Shown piece after piece: positions 7,371-18,894 of a stretch of DNA of 22,526 nucleotides. The notes beneath the pieces are model-generated. The model saw only the letters and a list, made by a program, of their open reading frames with translations. It searched no databases and was not told the DNA's origin. Location: assembly GCA_031409655.1 (NCBI GenBank), contig JANNXQ010000244.1, positions 1 to 22,526 on the forward strand, given 5' to 3'. Numbering within the stretch: the stretch's first letter is position 1; every line of letters begins with the position of its first letter. The stretch comes from Chthoniobacteraceae bacterium (GTDB taxonomy: Bacteria > Verrucomicrobiota > Verrucomicrobiia > Chthoniobacterales > Chthoniobacteraceae). The position numbers and the translations under genes were made by a program.

Positions 7371-10300
7371 TTTGTATTCGGTAGGGCGAAGGAAAGAGTC
7401 GCACCTCGATCCACTTCACCCTCGGCCCAAGCCCGACCTCCGTGACGCTGCACAATTCGCTGGACGAGTGCAAGCCCGACGCCCGTGCCTGGAAACCGGT
7501 CGTTCGTGTGCAAGCGCTGGAAGACGCCGAAGAGCTGCCCCACGTAGCGCATGTCAAAGCCCGCGCCGTTATCTTTCACGGAGTAGATCTCCATCCCATC
7601 TGCACTGGTCCGCGCGCCGATCTCGATCACGCCTTCCTCGCGTCCACTGGTGAACTTGATGGCGTTGCTGATCAGGTTCACCCACACCTGCTCGATCATC
7701 GGCTCGGTGCCTCGGATCGGGGGGAGGGGATGAAGATCGAGCCGTAATTTTCGCCCGGTCTCCTGTGCCGCCAGTTCGTCGAAAACCCGCTGCGCCATGG
7801 CCCGCATATCGATCTCCGAGGCCTGCAATTGCTGCCGGCCGAGCCGGGAAAAGGTGAGCAGATCGTCGATGAGCCGCCCCATGCGCTGGGCGCCATTGCG
7901 GATCACGCCGAGCATGCGCCGGCCCTCGTCGTCGAGCCGTTCCCCGTAGTCTTTTGTGACGATGCGCGAAAAGCCATCGATCGCGCGCAGCGGCGCGCGG
8001 AGGTCGTGGGAGACGGAATACGAGAAGGCGTCGAGTTCCTTCACGGCAGCCTCGAGTTCGGCGGTGCGCTCGCGGACGCGCCGCTCCAGCGAGGCGTTCA
8101 GCTCGCGGATTTGCTCCTCCGCCTGCTTGCGCTCAATGGCGATGCCCGTGATGTGGACCGCCCGCGCGATGACCTCCAACTCGGCGGCCACGGGTCGGCG
8201 TGGCGCGCCGTAGTAGATGGCGAAGGTGCCGAGGATTTTCCCGTCGCTGCCATGGATCGGCGTGGACCAGCAGGCGCGCAGCCCGTGGCTCAGCGCGAGT
8301 TTTTGAAAATTTTCCCAGAGCGGGTCGCTGCCGATGTCCTCGACGATCACCTGGCGGTCGAGATAAGCCGCCGTGCCGCAGGAGCCGACCTCGGGTCCGA
8401 TGGCGACCCCGTCGATGAGGCGATTGTACGCCTCCGGCAGGCTCGGGGCCGCGCCGTGCCGCAGGTGGGCTCCGTCCTTGTCCAGCAGGAGGATGGAGCA
8501 AAACGCGCCCGGCAACTGTTTCTCCAAGCCGAGCATCAAGCCGTCCAAAACTTCGCGGAGCGCCGTGGCGCTGCTGATCAATTCGAGGGCACTCTTTTCC
8601 CACGCCAGCAATTGCTGGGTCTGCTTGCTCTCGGTGATGTCCATGACCACGGACGCTGCCCCGGTGACGGTTCCGCGTTCGTCGATGAGCGGCGTGTTAT
8701 ACCATTCGCAGAGGATCGTCCGGCCGTCCTTGTGGACGTTTTCATTCGAGCTCCTTTCCCCGCCGCTCTGCTTCAGCAAGGCCTGCCAGATCTCCGCCAC
8801 GTGGGGGCGGTACTTTTCCGGGATGATGAAGGACGCATGCTGCCCGATCGCTTCCGCATGGCTGAAACCGAAGATGGTTTGCGCGGCGGGGTTCCAACGA
8901 GTCACCCGGAATGCCAGATCCCACTCGATCACTGCCATCGGCGTCTGCTCGAAATGGAGGCGCAACTTTTGGCTGGCCATCCGCAGCGCTTCCTCCGCCT
9001 TCTTGCGTTCGGTGATGTCGATATTCGTCCCCACGAAGCCCACGGTCTTGCCACTCGCGGACACGATCTGGGCAGCCGTGCCGAAGACCCAGGTCACCAG
9101 CCCGTCGCGGTTTTTGAAACGATATTCAAACCCCCACGTGCCGCGGCTCTGAACCGCTTTGTCCCAGTTTTCAGCCATCATCGCCCGGTCTTCTGGGTGC
9201 AGGCCGTCTCGCCAGCCCTGGCCCCGCGCTTCCTCCGGCTTCATCCCGGAGGCGGCACACCAGCGCCGGTTCACATAGATGCAGTTCCCATCCGCATCGG
9301 TGAGGGAAATGAGGATCGGCGCGTTTTCGGCCAGCGTCCGGAAACGTTCCTCGCTGATCCGCAGAGCCTGGCCAGCTTTCTTCAGCGGCGTGATGTCGAG
9401 GTGGGAAACGATCGCTCCCCCGATCTCCGTGGGCACCGGGGCGGTCTGCAGCAGGAACCAGCGCGCCTCCTTGGCGGAATCGCACGGATACTCCAGCCGG
9501 AAGTCCGGGCGCGACCCATTGAGCACGCCTTCGATGCCCGCGAGCGCGGCCGTGGCAAAGCGGTCGCCTTCCGCAGTCGCCGTCCGACAGGCATCCAGAT
9601 AGCTGGCGCCGATCTCGATCCGACAGAGCGGCGGGTTGCCATTTTCGCGGGCGAAACGGAGCCACGGTTCGTTCACCGCCACGATCACGCCCTCCCGGTC
9701 GAGCACGGCAACCTCCGCGGGCAGCGCATTGAGGATCGCGCTCTTGAAGTGTTCGCCCTGTTTCAGAGAGTCGGCGATGTGCTCGCGTCGGGCCGCCTCT
9801 CGGTTCAGTCGCAGCACGCCGAGAGAAATGAGCAGCGCACTCAAAAGCACGCCAGCCGGCAGGAGGGCGAAGGCCCGATCATTGATCGCGCTTGCCTCTG
9901 CCTCCCGCGAGACGAGTTCCCGCGCTTCTTCCTCCTCCATCGCGTCCAGGCCCCCCCGGATCTGATCCGTCAAGATAGTGTCGCGACCCGCGGCGATCCG
10001 CTCCGCTGCCGCCGCGTATCCGCTGGTCCTGCGCAGCTCGATCAGTTGCTGCGACATCTTCATCCACTGCCCGGTCCACGTTTCCAGCGTGGCGAGCCGC
10101 GCCTGCTGGCCCGCATTGTCCGAAGTCAGCTTCCGAAGTTCCGGGAGATGCTGCTGTGCTTCGGCGATCGCTCTTTCGGAAAGCGGGAGAAAGACTTGGT
10201 CTCCCGTGATCACGTATCCCCGCTCGGCGCTTTGCGACTCATCGAGGTCGCTCCGCAAAGCGCGCACCTTCGCAATCTTCTCGTGGGTGTCCTTCGCCCG

Positions 10301-11065
10301 AGCGGCCGCGGCCACGAGATCCTTTGTGCTCCGATGCGCCAGAGCGGCCACCGCGCCGAGCAGCACCAGACCACCCGCAAATCCGAGCGTGAGCCACGGG
10401 CCGATCAACCAGCGCCGCCCCGCCTCCCGCCAGGCAATACGCAGCATCGCCGCGCCCAGCAGCACGAAAAGCAACGCCGTGTGAACGGCCATCCCGGTCA
10501 ACCTCCACCAGCCGTAGCCAGGATCGAACTCCGCCGCATCACCCAGCACCGCGAAGAGCCCGATCCCGACTACGAGCGTTCCAAGACACCCGAGGATCAA
10601 GGGTCGGCGGGCATTCCCGGGTGGCCAGCTCATCACCCCGAGAGCCGCCGCCGTGAGCACGAAACAGATCGACGCATTCACTGCCATGCGCATCGAATGC
10701 GATGCCGCGACCGTGGCGCCGGTGTCGCGGAGCAGGAGTTCGTCGATGCCGATACTCCGACCGGTCGCGTATTCGAAGAGGGTGAGCAGCGCCAGCCCGC
10801 CGGTCGCGAGCGCACCTCCTTGCGCCGCGCGCCGCGCCCACGCATTGGGCACTTGCAGCAGGAAGAGCGCGCTACCGCTAAGGATGAAGCCCAGCGCCGC
10901 ATTCGCCTTCATGGTCACCGCCCCGGGGATCGGCGAGATCAAGGCCTCGATCCCAAACGCCCAGCCCGCGAGCACCAGACCGCCCACGACTGCCACCGCC
11001 CCGCCGACAAGACGAACGAACGCGGGCTCCCGGGAGCGACTGCTGATGGAGATCGGCGCATTCAT
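7367..11065 (-). CDS. Membrane-bound multi-sensor histidine kinase (multi-TM region, CHASE3, 3 PAS, GAF, HisKA, HATPase), about 1232 aa
   Basis: H box FSYSVSHDLRAPLR, N box NLISNAIKF, G boxes DNGAGF and GTGVGL. CHASE3 motif ESQSAERGYVITGD. PAS/PAC ends DITPLK, DITERK, DITESK. GAF motif GSCGTAAY...DPLW. Start placed at MNAPIS (11065); ATGs at 11098 and 11104 are alternatives. Confidence 0.92.
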   Translation of the reverse strand: MNAPISISSRSREPAFVRLVGGAVAVVGGLVLAGWAFGIEALISPIPGAVTMKANAALGFILSGSALFLLQVPNAWARRAAQGGALATGGLALLTLFEYATGRSIGIDELLLRDTGATVAASHSMRMAVNASICFVLTAAALGVMSWPPGNARRPLILGCLGTLVVGIGLFAVLGDAAEFDPGYGWWRLTGMAVHTALLFVLLGAAMLRIAWREAGRRWLIGPWLTLGFAGGLVLLGAVAALAHRSTKDLVAAAARAKDTHEKIAKVRALRSDLDESQSAERGYVITGDQVFLPLSERAIAEAQQHLPELRKLTSDNAGQQARLATLETWTGQWMKMSQQLIELRRTSGYAAAAERIAAGRDTILTDQIRGGLDAMEEEEARELVSREAEASAINDRAFALLPAGVLLSALLISLGVLRLNREAARREHIADSLKQGEHFKSAILNALPAEVAVLDREGVIVAVNEPWLRFARENGNPPLCRIEIGASYLDACRTATAEGDRFATAALAGIEGVLNGSRPDFRLEYPCDSAKEARWFLLQTAPVPTEIGGAIVSHLDITPLKKAGQALRISEERFRTLAENAPILISLTDADGNCIYVNRRWCAASGMKPEEARGQGWRDGLHPEDRAMMAENWDKAVQSRGTWGFEYRFKNRDGLVTWVFGTAAQIVSASGKTVGFVGTNIDITERKKAEEALRMASQKLRLHFEQTPMAVIEWDLAFRVTRWNPAAQTIFGFSHAEAIGQHASFIIPEKYRPHVAEIWQALLKQSGGERSSNENVHKDGRTILCEWYNTPLIDERGTVTGAASVVMDITESKQTQQLLAWEKSALELISSATALREVLDGLMLGLEKQLPGAFCSILLLDKDGAHLRHGAAPSLPEAYNRLIDGVAIGPEVGSCGTAAYLDRQVIVEDIGSDPLWENFQKLALSHGLRACWSTPIHGSDGKILGTFAIYYGAPRRPVAAELEVIARAVHITGIAIERKQAEEQIRELNASLERRVRERTAELEAAVKELDAFSYSVSHDLRAPLRAIDGFSRIVTKDYGERLDDEGRRMLGVIRNGAQRMGRLIDDLLTFSRLGRQQLQASEIDMRAMAQRVFDELAAQETGRKLRLDLHPLPPIRGTEPMIEQVWVNLISNAIKFTSGREEGVIEIGARTSADGMEIYSVKDNGAGFDMRYVGQLFGVFQRLHTNDRFPGTGVGLALVQRIVQRHGGRAWAEGEVDRGATLSFALPNTK

Positions 11066-11275
11066 GCATTTCCGCAGCGCGAACCCCGCGCTCGGCATAA
11101 ACATGGGTTCACTCCGGGAAAAGCCAAGCACCGATCCGGCAGCGCCGCGGTGCCCCCCTTTCCGCTGCCCCCGAGGAAACGCCCGAACCTCGCAGAGCGC
11201 CCGTTCGCTGGCTGTTGAAGTTTTCTCCGACCGGCTTTCCGAGCGGGCTGAGATGGAGTATTCATCCCGCCATCC

Positions 11276-12286
11276 ATGCCGCTTCCCTGGTTCCAAGACC
11301 GCTGCCCGCTCTACCTCGCCCCGATGGCCGGGGTCACGGACACCATTTTCCGCCAGCTCTGCAAGGAGCAGGGCGCGGATGTCATGGTCACGGAGTTTGT
11401 CTCGGCGGAGGGAATCTTCCGCCGCAATGAGCGGACCCTGGAGTATCTCGAATTCGTGGACGCGGAGCGCCCGCTCGGGGTGCAGCTCTTTGGCGGCGAT
11501 CCGGCGCATCTCGGGGAGGCGGCGCGGATGGTCGTGGACTGGAAGCAGCCGGATTTCATCGATCTGAATTTCGGGTGTCCCGTGAACAAGGTGGTGTCGA
11601 AGCAGGGCGGTTCGTCGCTGCTGCGCGATTGTCCGCTCCTCGAAAAAGTCGCGCGCGCGGTGGTGCAGGCCGTGGCCCCGCATCCGGTGACGGCGAAGAT
11701 GCGCATCGGCTGGAGCGACGCGACGATCAATGCGACGACGACGGCGCGCATCCTGGAAGACAGCGGGGTGCAGGCGATCGCGGTCCATGGGCGCACCAAG
11801 GAGCAGGGCTACCGCGGCGAGGCGAATTGGGACGTGATCGCGCAAGTCGCCGCGGCGGTGCAGGTGCCGGTGATCGGGAATGGGGACATCGCGGGGGCGC
11901 TCGACGCCGAGCGGCGGATGCAGAGCGGCGTGCGCGGGCTGATGCTCGGACGCTCGGCGATGAGCGCCCCGTGGGTCTTCCGCGAGATCAAACATTTCCT
12001 CGCCACCGGCGAGCACCTCCCGCCGCTCCCGCTCGAAGCGCGCTGGACGCACATCCTCCGCCACTGCCGCTGGGAGGTGGCGGCGGCAGACAGTGAGCTG
12101 CACGCGCTGGCGGCGATGCGGTCGCGGCTGATGGCTTACTCCCGGGGAATGCCGGAGGCGAAACGGTTGCGGGAGCGTTTCTCGCAAGTCGGGTCGCTCG
12201 TCGGCCTCGCCGAGATCGCCGCGGAAAACCTGGCGAACGCCGCCGCTGGCTCCGCGGAATCGGAACTCAGCGCTGCCCTTTCCTGA
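11276..12286 (+). CDS. dusB: tRNA-dihydrouridine synthase B
   Basis: LAPMAGVTD, TEFVS, VQLFG, IDLNFGCP, KMRIGW, VHGRT, GNGDI motifs. Confidence 0.92.
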   Translation: MPLPWFQDRCPLYLAPMAGVTDTIFRQLCKEQGADVMVTEFVSAEGIFRRNERTLEYLEFVDAERPLGVQLFGGDPAHLGEAARMVVDWKQPDFIDLNFGCPVNKVVSKQGGSSLLRDCPLLEKVARAVVQAVAPHPVTAKMRIGWSDATINATTTARILEDSGVQAIAVHGRTKEQGYRGEANWDVIAQVAAAVQVPVIGNGDIAGALDAERRMQSGVRGLMLGRSAMSAPWVFREIKHFLATGEHLPPLPLEARWTHILRHCRWEVAAADSELHALAAMRSRLMAYSRGMPEAKRLRERFSQVGSLVGLAEIAAENLANAAAGSAESELSAALS

Positions 12287-12313
12287 GATCCCTGCTTTGT
12301 TCTCACCCATCCC

Positions 12314-12691
12314 ATGACCACCGCTCCACAGACCGCCGAAATCAAAGTAAAGATCGGCAACGAAAAGCTCGTGAAGGTGACCGACGCCGCCAGCACCAAG
12401 CTTACTTCGCTGCTCACCCGCCAGGGTCGTCCGGAAGGCGCGCTCCGGGTCGCGGTGATTGGCGGCGGCTGCTCGGGATTGCAGTACAAAATGGATCTCG
12501 TGAATGGCCCGGCGAACCGCGACATCATGGTCCATAGCGCGGGGGTGCGGGTGGTCATCGATCCGAAAAGCGCGCTCTTCGTCAGCGGTTCGCTGCTCGA
12601 CTACAGCGACGACCTGCAAAAGGGCGGCTTCAAGGTGACGAACCCGAACGCCGTCGCCCACTGCTCGTGCGGCGAGAGTTTCTCGGCGTAG
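12314..12691 (+). CDS. A-type Fe-S cluster carrier (HesB/IscA/ErpA family)
   Basis: LRVAVIGGGCSGLQY and C-terminal NPNAVAHCSCGESF. Confidence 0.95.
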   Translation: MTTAPQTAEIKVKIGNEKLVKVTDAASTKLTSLLTRQGRPEGALRVAVIGGGCSGLQYKMDLVNGPANRDIMVHSAGVRVVIDPKSALFVSGSLLDYSDDLQKGGFKVTNPNAVAHCSCGESFSA

Positions 12692-12698
12692 CCCGCGC

Positions 12699-13073
12699 CT
12701 ACTTCTGCTCGCTCGGCGGGCGGATGAAAGTGAGCGAGTCGCCCACGCCTTTTAGGGTGTAGAGCGACTTCTCCACCGGCACGTCGAAGACGCGCCCCTT
12801 TTCCGCAGCCACGCGCACCTTCAGGAGGTACTCGCCGTCCAGCTCCCGAACGGCCTTCAGCTTGCGTCCGGAGAATTCCACCTGCTGTTCCTTGAGCGGG
12901 AGAAAGACTTTTTCCACCACGACACCAGTGAGCTTATTCCCCGCCACGGGCTGGGCCATGTGGCGGATGCCGTAGGCGATGAAGCCGAGCACGAGCACGG
13001 CGATGACGCCAGCCACCAGGGCGTCCCGCAGCGTGGTGCTGGGCAGGACGAGCTTCGGCGCCGGCGGCTTCAT
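12699..13073 (-). CDS. Hypothetical single-pass membrane protein (124 aa)
   Basis: ATG at 13073 overlaps the upstream gene's TGA (ATGA). One TM helix (ALVAGVIAVLVLGFIAYGI), then a beta-rich soluble part. Confidence 0.75.
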   Translation of the reverse strand: MKPPAPKLVLPSTTLRDALVAGVIAVLVLGFIAYGIRHMAQPVAGNKLTGVVVEKVFLPLKEQQVEFSGRKLKAVRELDGEYLLKVRVAAEKGRVFDVPVEKSLYTLKGVGDSLTFIRPPSEQK

Positions 13074-14443
13074 TCCGCGTGGGCCGGGACGCTTCCCGGC
13101 GCGGCCGCCTGCATGGTGGCCGTCTCCTCCGTCGCCACGGCAGCGTCCGCGAGCAGCTTCCGCTGCCAGATATAGCGCCGAAGTAATACTTTCAGGGTCG
13201 CCGTCATCGGCACGGCCACGATGGCCCCGAGCAGACCGCCCATGAGCAGCGTCCAGACGAAGACCGAGACGATGATCGTCATCGGATGCAAACCCACGCT
13301 TTCGCCGACAATCTTCGGCGTGATGAAAAGTCCATCGACCTGCTGGACCGCGACGAAAATGCCGGTGACGACCAGCGGGAAGACCCACCACGGATCGCTC
13401 GGCACCCAGGTGCCGGCGCCACCTTGGACGGAAGCAATGATCACCGCGGGGATCCAGCAGAGGATGATGCCGAGATACGGGATGATCCCGAGGAAGCAGA
13501 GCAGGAAGCCGATGAGGATTCCGAAATCCAGCCCGATGATCACCAGCCCGAGGCCCGTCGCGGTGCCATTGATCAGGCTCACGATGAGCTGTCCGCGGAA
13601 GAAGGCGATGAGGTAGCCATTGATCTCGCCGATCACACTCACCACCTCGTCCTTAAAAGCAGAAGCGCGCAGCGGCAGGTAGTCGCCCCACGACTTCGCG
13701 ATGTTGATGCTCTCGATCAGAAAATAGTACAGATAGACCGGCACGATGATCATCGAGAGCAGGAAGCCGAAGACCCCGAGGAAGCCGCCGACGCTGGATT
13801 TTACGAAGGTCCACGCGTTTCGCAGCACCGCGGGCAGAGAGGTCTGCACCCACTCGCCGGAGACGAGTTTCTGCCAGTCATACTGGAGGTCCGTCTCGGG
13901 TTTGGCATCGGGAGGCGTCTTTGTGGAGGGGGGCGGAGAATTCGCTTCAGGCAGAGGGGTGGGCTCGACGGGGCCGAAGGTGTCGGGCGCGGGTGGGCCT
14001 TCCACGGCGGGCTGAAGTTGCGGGAAGAGTTGGAAGCCCGTCTTTTGCTGCACGCTCTTGGCCACATTCACGACGAGCACGGTCAGCCTCTCCGTGTAGC
14101 GCGGCACGCGGCGGGCGAGATTCCCGGTCTGGTGGGAGATGGCCGGCACGATCCACACGAGGATGCCCGCGAGGGCGATGGTCACTGCCGCGAAGACCGC
14201 GAGCACGGCGCGGTTCCGGGTTGTGCCCCACGAGACGATCTTCCCGACGATGGGATCGAGCAGGTAGGCCATCACCGCTGCGACAGCAAAGGGGATGAGG
14301 ATCGGCTGCATGAAGCCGAGCACCTTGGACGCCGTCCAAACCAGCCCGACCGCAATCGCCCCGATGATCACGAGAGCCAGCGCGCTGACCGCCGCCCACA
14401 GGGTCTTGCGTTGCCAGGGAGTAGGAAAATCGGGAATATTCAT
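13070..14443 (-). CDS. AI-2E (PerM/TqsA) family transporter
   Basis: PFAVAAVMAYLLDPIV, FFRGQLIV, IPYLG, PKIVGESVGLHP, GLLGAIVAVP motifs. Start at MNIPDF (14443); GTG at 14473 is an alternative. Confidence 0.92.
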   Translation of the reverse strand: MNIPDFPTPWQRKTLWAAVSALALVIIGAIAVGLVWTASKVLGFMQPILIPFAVAAVMAYLLDPIVGKIVSWGTTRNRAVLAVFAAVTIALAGILVWIVPAISHQTGNLARRVPRYTERLTVLVVNVAKSVQQKTGFQLFPQLQPAVEGPPAPDTFGPVEPTPLPEANSPPPSTKTPPDAKPETDLQYDWQKLVSGEWVQTSLPAVLRNAWTFVKSSVGGFLGVFGFLLSMIIVPVYLYYFLIESINIAKSWGDYLPLRASAFKDEVVSVIGEINGYLIAFFRGQLIVSLINGTATGLGLVIIGLDFGILIGFLLCFLGIIPYLGIILCWIPAVIIASVQGGAGTWVPSDPWWVFPLVVTGIFVAVQQVDGLFITPKIVGESVGLHPMTIIVSVFVWTLLMGGLLGAIVAVPMTATLKVLLRRYIWQRKLLADAAVATEETATMQAAAPGSVPAHAE

Positions 14444-14507
14444 CGAGCCAATGGACTCCCGCGACTCTGCCACGCAGGTCCGCGGAAGTCCGCAGAAAAC
14501 TGGGGCT

Positions 14508-15656
14508 TTACCTCCGAACGGGCAGCAGCGCCGCGGCGAGCTTTTCGCGCCAGGGATGAAGAGGACGCTCGAGCAGGTGATAGCTGAGCGCGCCGGCGAC
14601 GAGTGCGGCGATCAGATTCCCGGGAAACCAGACCGCCTGATAGAGCACCGGGAGCGGGAGTCCGGGGATGAGCAGCTCCTGCGGACGCGCAAAGAAAAAG
14701 ACCTGCTGCCAGATGTAGGTGCCAAAGGAAATCAACGCGAGCCAGCGCGCCGCCCGACTGTTTAGCACCGCCGCCAGCCAGCCCTGCCGGCAGCGCAGGG
14801 CGGCCTCGACCATGAGCAGGGCGGGGAAGATTTGCAGCCAGCGGAGCACTGCGTTTTGCGCGTCGGTGGCACTCGTCGAAAGGTGGAGCAGGAGCAAGCC
14901 GGTGACGAATCCGCCAAGGATGGTGAGGGTGGCCGGCCAGACGCATTTTCGCGCGGCCTGAGTCCCGGGATCGAGGGCTGGGCGAAAGGCCAGCCAGCAG
15001 CCAAGGAGGATGGCTTCGCCGCGGAAAAATTGACTGAGATGCAGCGCCGTGGTGTCCGCGTGAATGGCCTGGATCGCGAGGCTCGTGAGCGGGATGACGA
15101 AGACCGCCGCGAGTGCGGTGCCAGCGCGGTGCGGGGCCGGGAGACGGGCGAGGAGCAGGGGCCAGGTGAGGTAGAAAAGGATCTCGATTGAGAGACTCCA
15201 GAAGTGGGCAAAAAGCGGCGCGCCATCGACGACGTGGCGGAAGCAGAAGAGCACGCTGGCGACATCCAGAAAGGTGAGCGGATGCCGGCTCACGGCGGAG
15301 TAGGCGCCGACCGCCAGCACGTAGATCACGCAGAGCGGAGCGATGCGCAGGAGCCGCTTCGCGTAAAAGCGCCGGACCAGCACGCGGCCATAGCGCCGCT
15401 CATCGGCGAGGAGCAGCGACGTCTGCAAAAATCCGCTGAGCACAAAGAAAATCTGCACGCCGAAGAAACCGCTGCTCGGCAGCCAGGCGTGAACCTGCGG
15501 AAACGGAAAACGTGGTGTGCCCGACGCGTGCTCAAGGAGCACGAGCAGCAGCGCCAGCGCCCGGATCCCATCGAGCCCGGCATACCGCTCGCGCTTCGCC
15601 GGCCCTGCCGGAGGAGCCGCCGCACCGGACGACGGGTGATCGCCGGTGCTGCGCAT
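14508..15656 (-). CDS. Acyltransferase family 3 (OafA/YrhL-like membrane O-acyltransferase)
   Basis: LDGIRALALLLVLLEH, GVQIFFVLSGFL, FYAKRLLRI, HFWSLSIEILFYLTWP, ISFGTYIWQ, SYHLLERP. No SGNH domain. Confidence 0.9.
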   Translation of the reverse strand: MRSTGDHPSSGAAAPPAGPAKRERYAGLDGIRALALLLVLLEHASGTPRFPFPQVHAWLPSSGFFGVQIFFVLSGFLQTSLLLADERRYGRVLVRRFYAKRLLRIAPLCVIYVLAVGAYSAVSRHPLTFLDVASVLFCFRHVVDGAPLFAHFWSLSIEILFYLTWPLLLARLPAPHRAGTALAAVFVIPLTSLAIQAIHADTTALHLSQFFRGEAILLGCWLAFRPALDPGTQAARKCVWPATLTILGGFVTGLLLLHLSTSATDAQNAVLRWLQIFPALLMVEAALRCRQGWLAAVLNSRAARWLALISFGTYIWQQVFFFARPQELLIPGLPLPVLYQAVWFPGNLIAALVAGALSYHLLERPLHPWREKLAAALLPVRR

Positions 15657-15682
15657 GACGGGAGAGCGCGCGGGAGGCGCGC

Positions 15683-17998
<2,316 letters not shown>

Positions 17999-18589
17999 TC
18001 AGTCGTCGTCCTTGTCCTTCTTCTTTTTCTTCTTATCGCCGGACGATTGATTCTGCGCGCGGTATTCCGCGATGGCCTGCTTGTTCTTCCACTCCTGCTG
18101 CTTCTTCTGCGCCTCGGCCTGGCCCTTGTTTTGTTTGGCGTTCCACTCCTGCTGGAGCCGGTATTGCTTCACCTTCTGCTCGTTCTCCGTCTGCTGGACT
18201 TTGGCGGCGTACTCCTTCTGCTTCTGCGCGTACTTGTATTGGTTTGTGGCCTGCTCGTTCCGATTACGGCTCGAGCTGGAGTAGTGGTCATCGTGGTCGT
18301 CGTGCCGTTGCGAGCGTTGCACGTAGTGCCGCCGGCCGCTGCGGATGCAGTAGTAGCGCCCATCGTCGTAATAGACGGCCTCGCCGTCGTCGTAGTAGGA
18401 GGGGCGTTGATCGACCACCACGACATCCTGCCGATAGTAGCCGCGCGGTGAGGAATCGTAGTACTGCCGCCCGCGGTAGGAGGGCTCGTTATAGTATTCG
18501 CCACCGCCGCCGTAGTAGGCCTCCTCCACGCAACCCGAGAGCAGCAGCGCGGCGAGCAGCGAGGGGATGAGAAGGAGAGGAGATTTCAT
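17999..18589 (-). CDS. Hypothetical lipoprotein, Tyr-rich N-terminal half and Gln/Lys-rich coiled-coil C-terminal half
   Basis: Lipobox LLLSG-C at residue 20. Co-oriented with neighbours. Low-complexity composition. Confidence 0.8.
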   Translation of the reverse strand: MKSPLLLIPSLLAALLLSGCVEEAYYGGGGEYYNEPSYRGRQYYDSSPRGYYRQDVVVVDQRPSYYDDGEAVYYDDGRYYCIRSGRRHYVQRSQRHDDHDDHYSSSSRNRNEQATNQYKYAQKQKEYAAKVQQTENEQKVKQYRLQQEWNAKQNKGQAEAQKKQQEWKNKQAIAEYRAQNQSSGDKKKKKKDKDDD

Positions 18590-18732
18590 AAAGTGCGATT
18601 CAGGGGGCTAGTGGATCCCTCTTTGTCGTCATTCCACCATCGGCATTCAATGCAACTTTGGCCGTCCTGAGTTTCTGGGAATTGCCGACCCCGCGGCAGC
18701 CCTCAGCCAAAATTTGGCGTTTGGAGTTCAGA

Positions 18733-18894
18733 CCATGCCTATCCGCTTTGTTGCCGAGCTTCTTGAACTGGAGACAGAATTCACAGGATTCAGAGGATTC
18801 CAGGATTTCGACAGAGGGAATCCCGTGAATCCTGCCAATCTTGATAATCCTGTCCAGCTGCTCCGCAACTTGGCCACGAACCGGATAGGCACGG
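18733..18894. mobile_element. 162-bp MITE-like element with terminal inverted repeats and 6-bp target-site duplication
   Basis: Ends CCATGCCTATCCG / CGGATAGGCACGG (12 of 13 complementary; extends to about 28 bp with 6 mismatches). TTCAGA flanks both sides (18727-18732, 18895-18900). No transposase inside. Confidence 0.75.
18773..18854. repeat. Inverted pair of nonamer tandem arrays (ACAGGATT-type / AATCCTGT-type)
   Basis: GACAGAATT CACAGGATT CAGAGGATT CCAGGATT, 11-nt loop, AATCCCGTG AATCCTGCC AATCTTGAT AATCCTGTC. Confidence 0.8.

Noticed and set aside
7367..8600. Phytochrome call for the GAF-kinase with its Rcp1-like partner
   Set aside because: There is no PAS-GAF-PHY order and no DIP or PRxSF bilin-binding motif. 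Only the kinase core resembles that subfamily.
7829..11218. 1129-aa plus-strand ORF
   Set aside because: In-register antisense shadow of the histidine kinase, with no recognisable motifs.
11066..12661. N-terminal extension making a 1764-aa histidine kinase
   Set aside because: It is the antisense shadow of dusB and the Fe-S carrier gene, with Arg/His-rich composition. Stop-free antisense frames are common in high-GC genomes.
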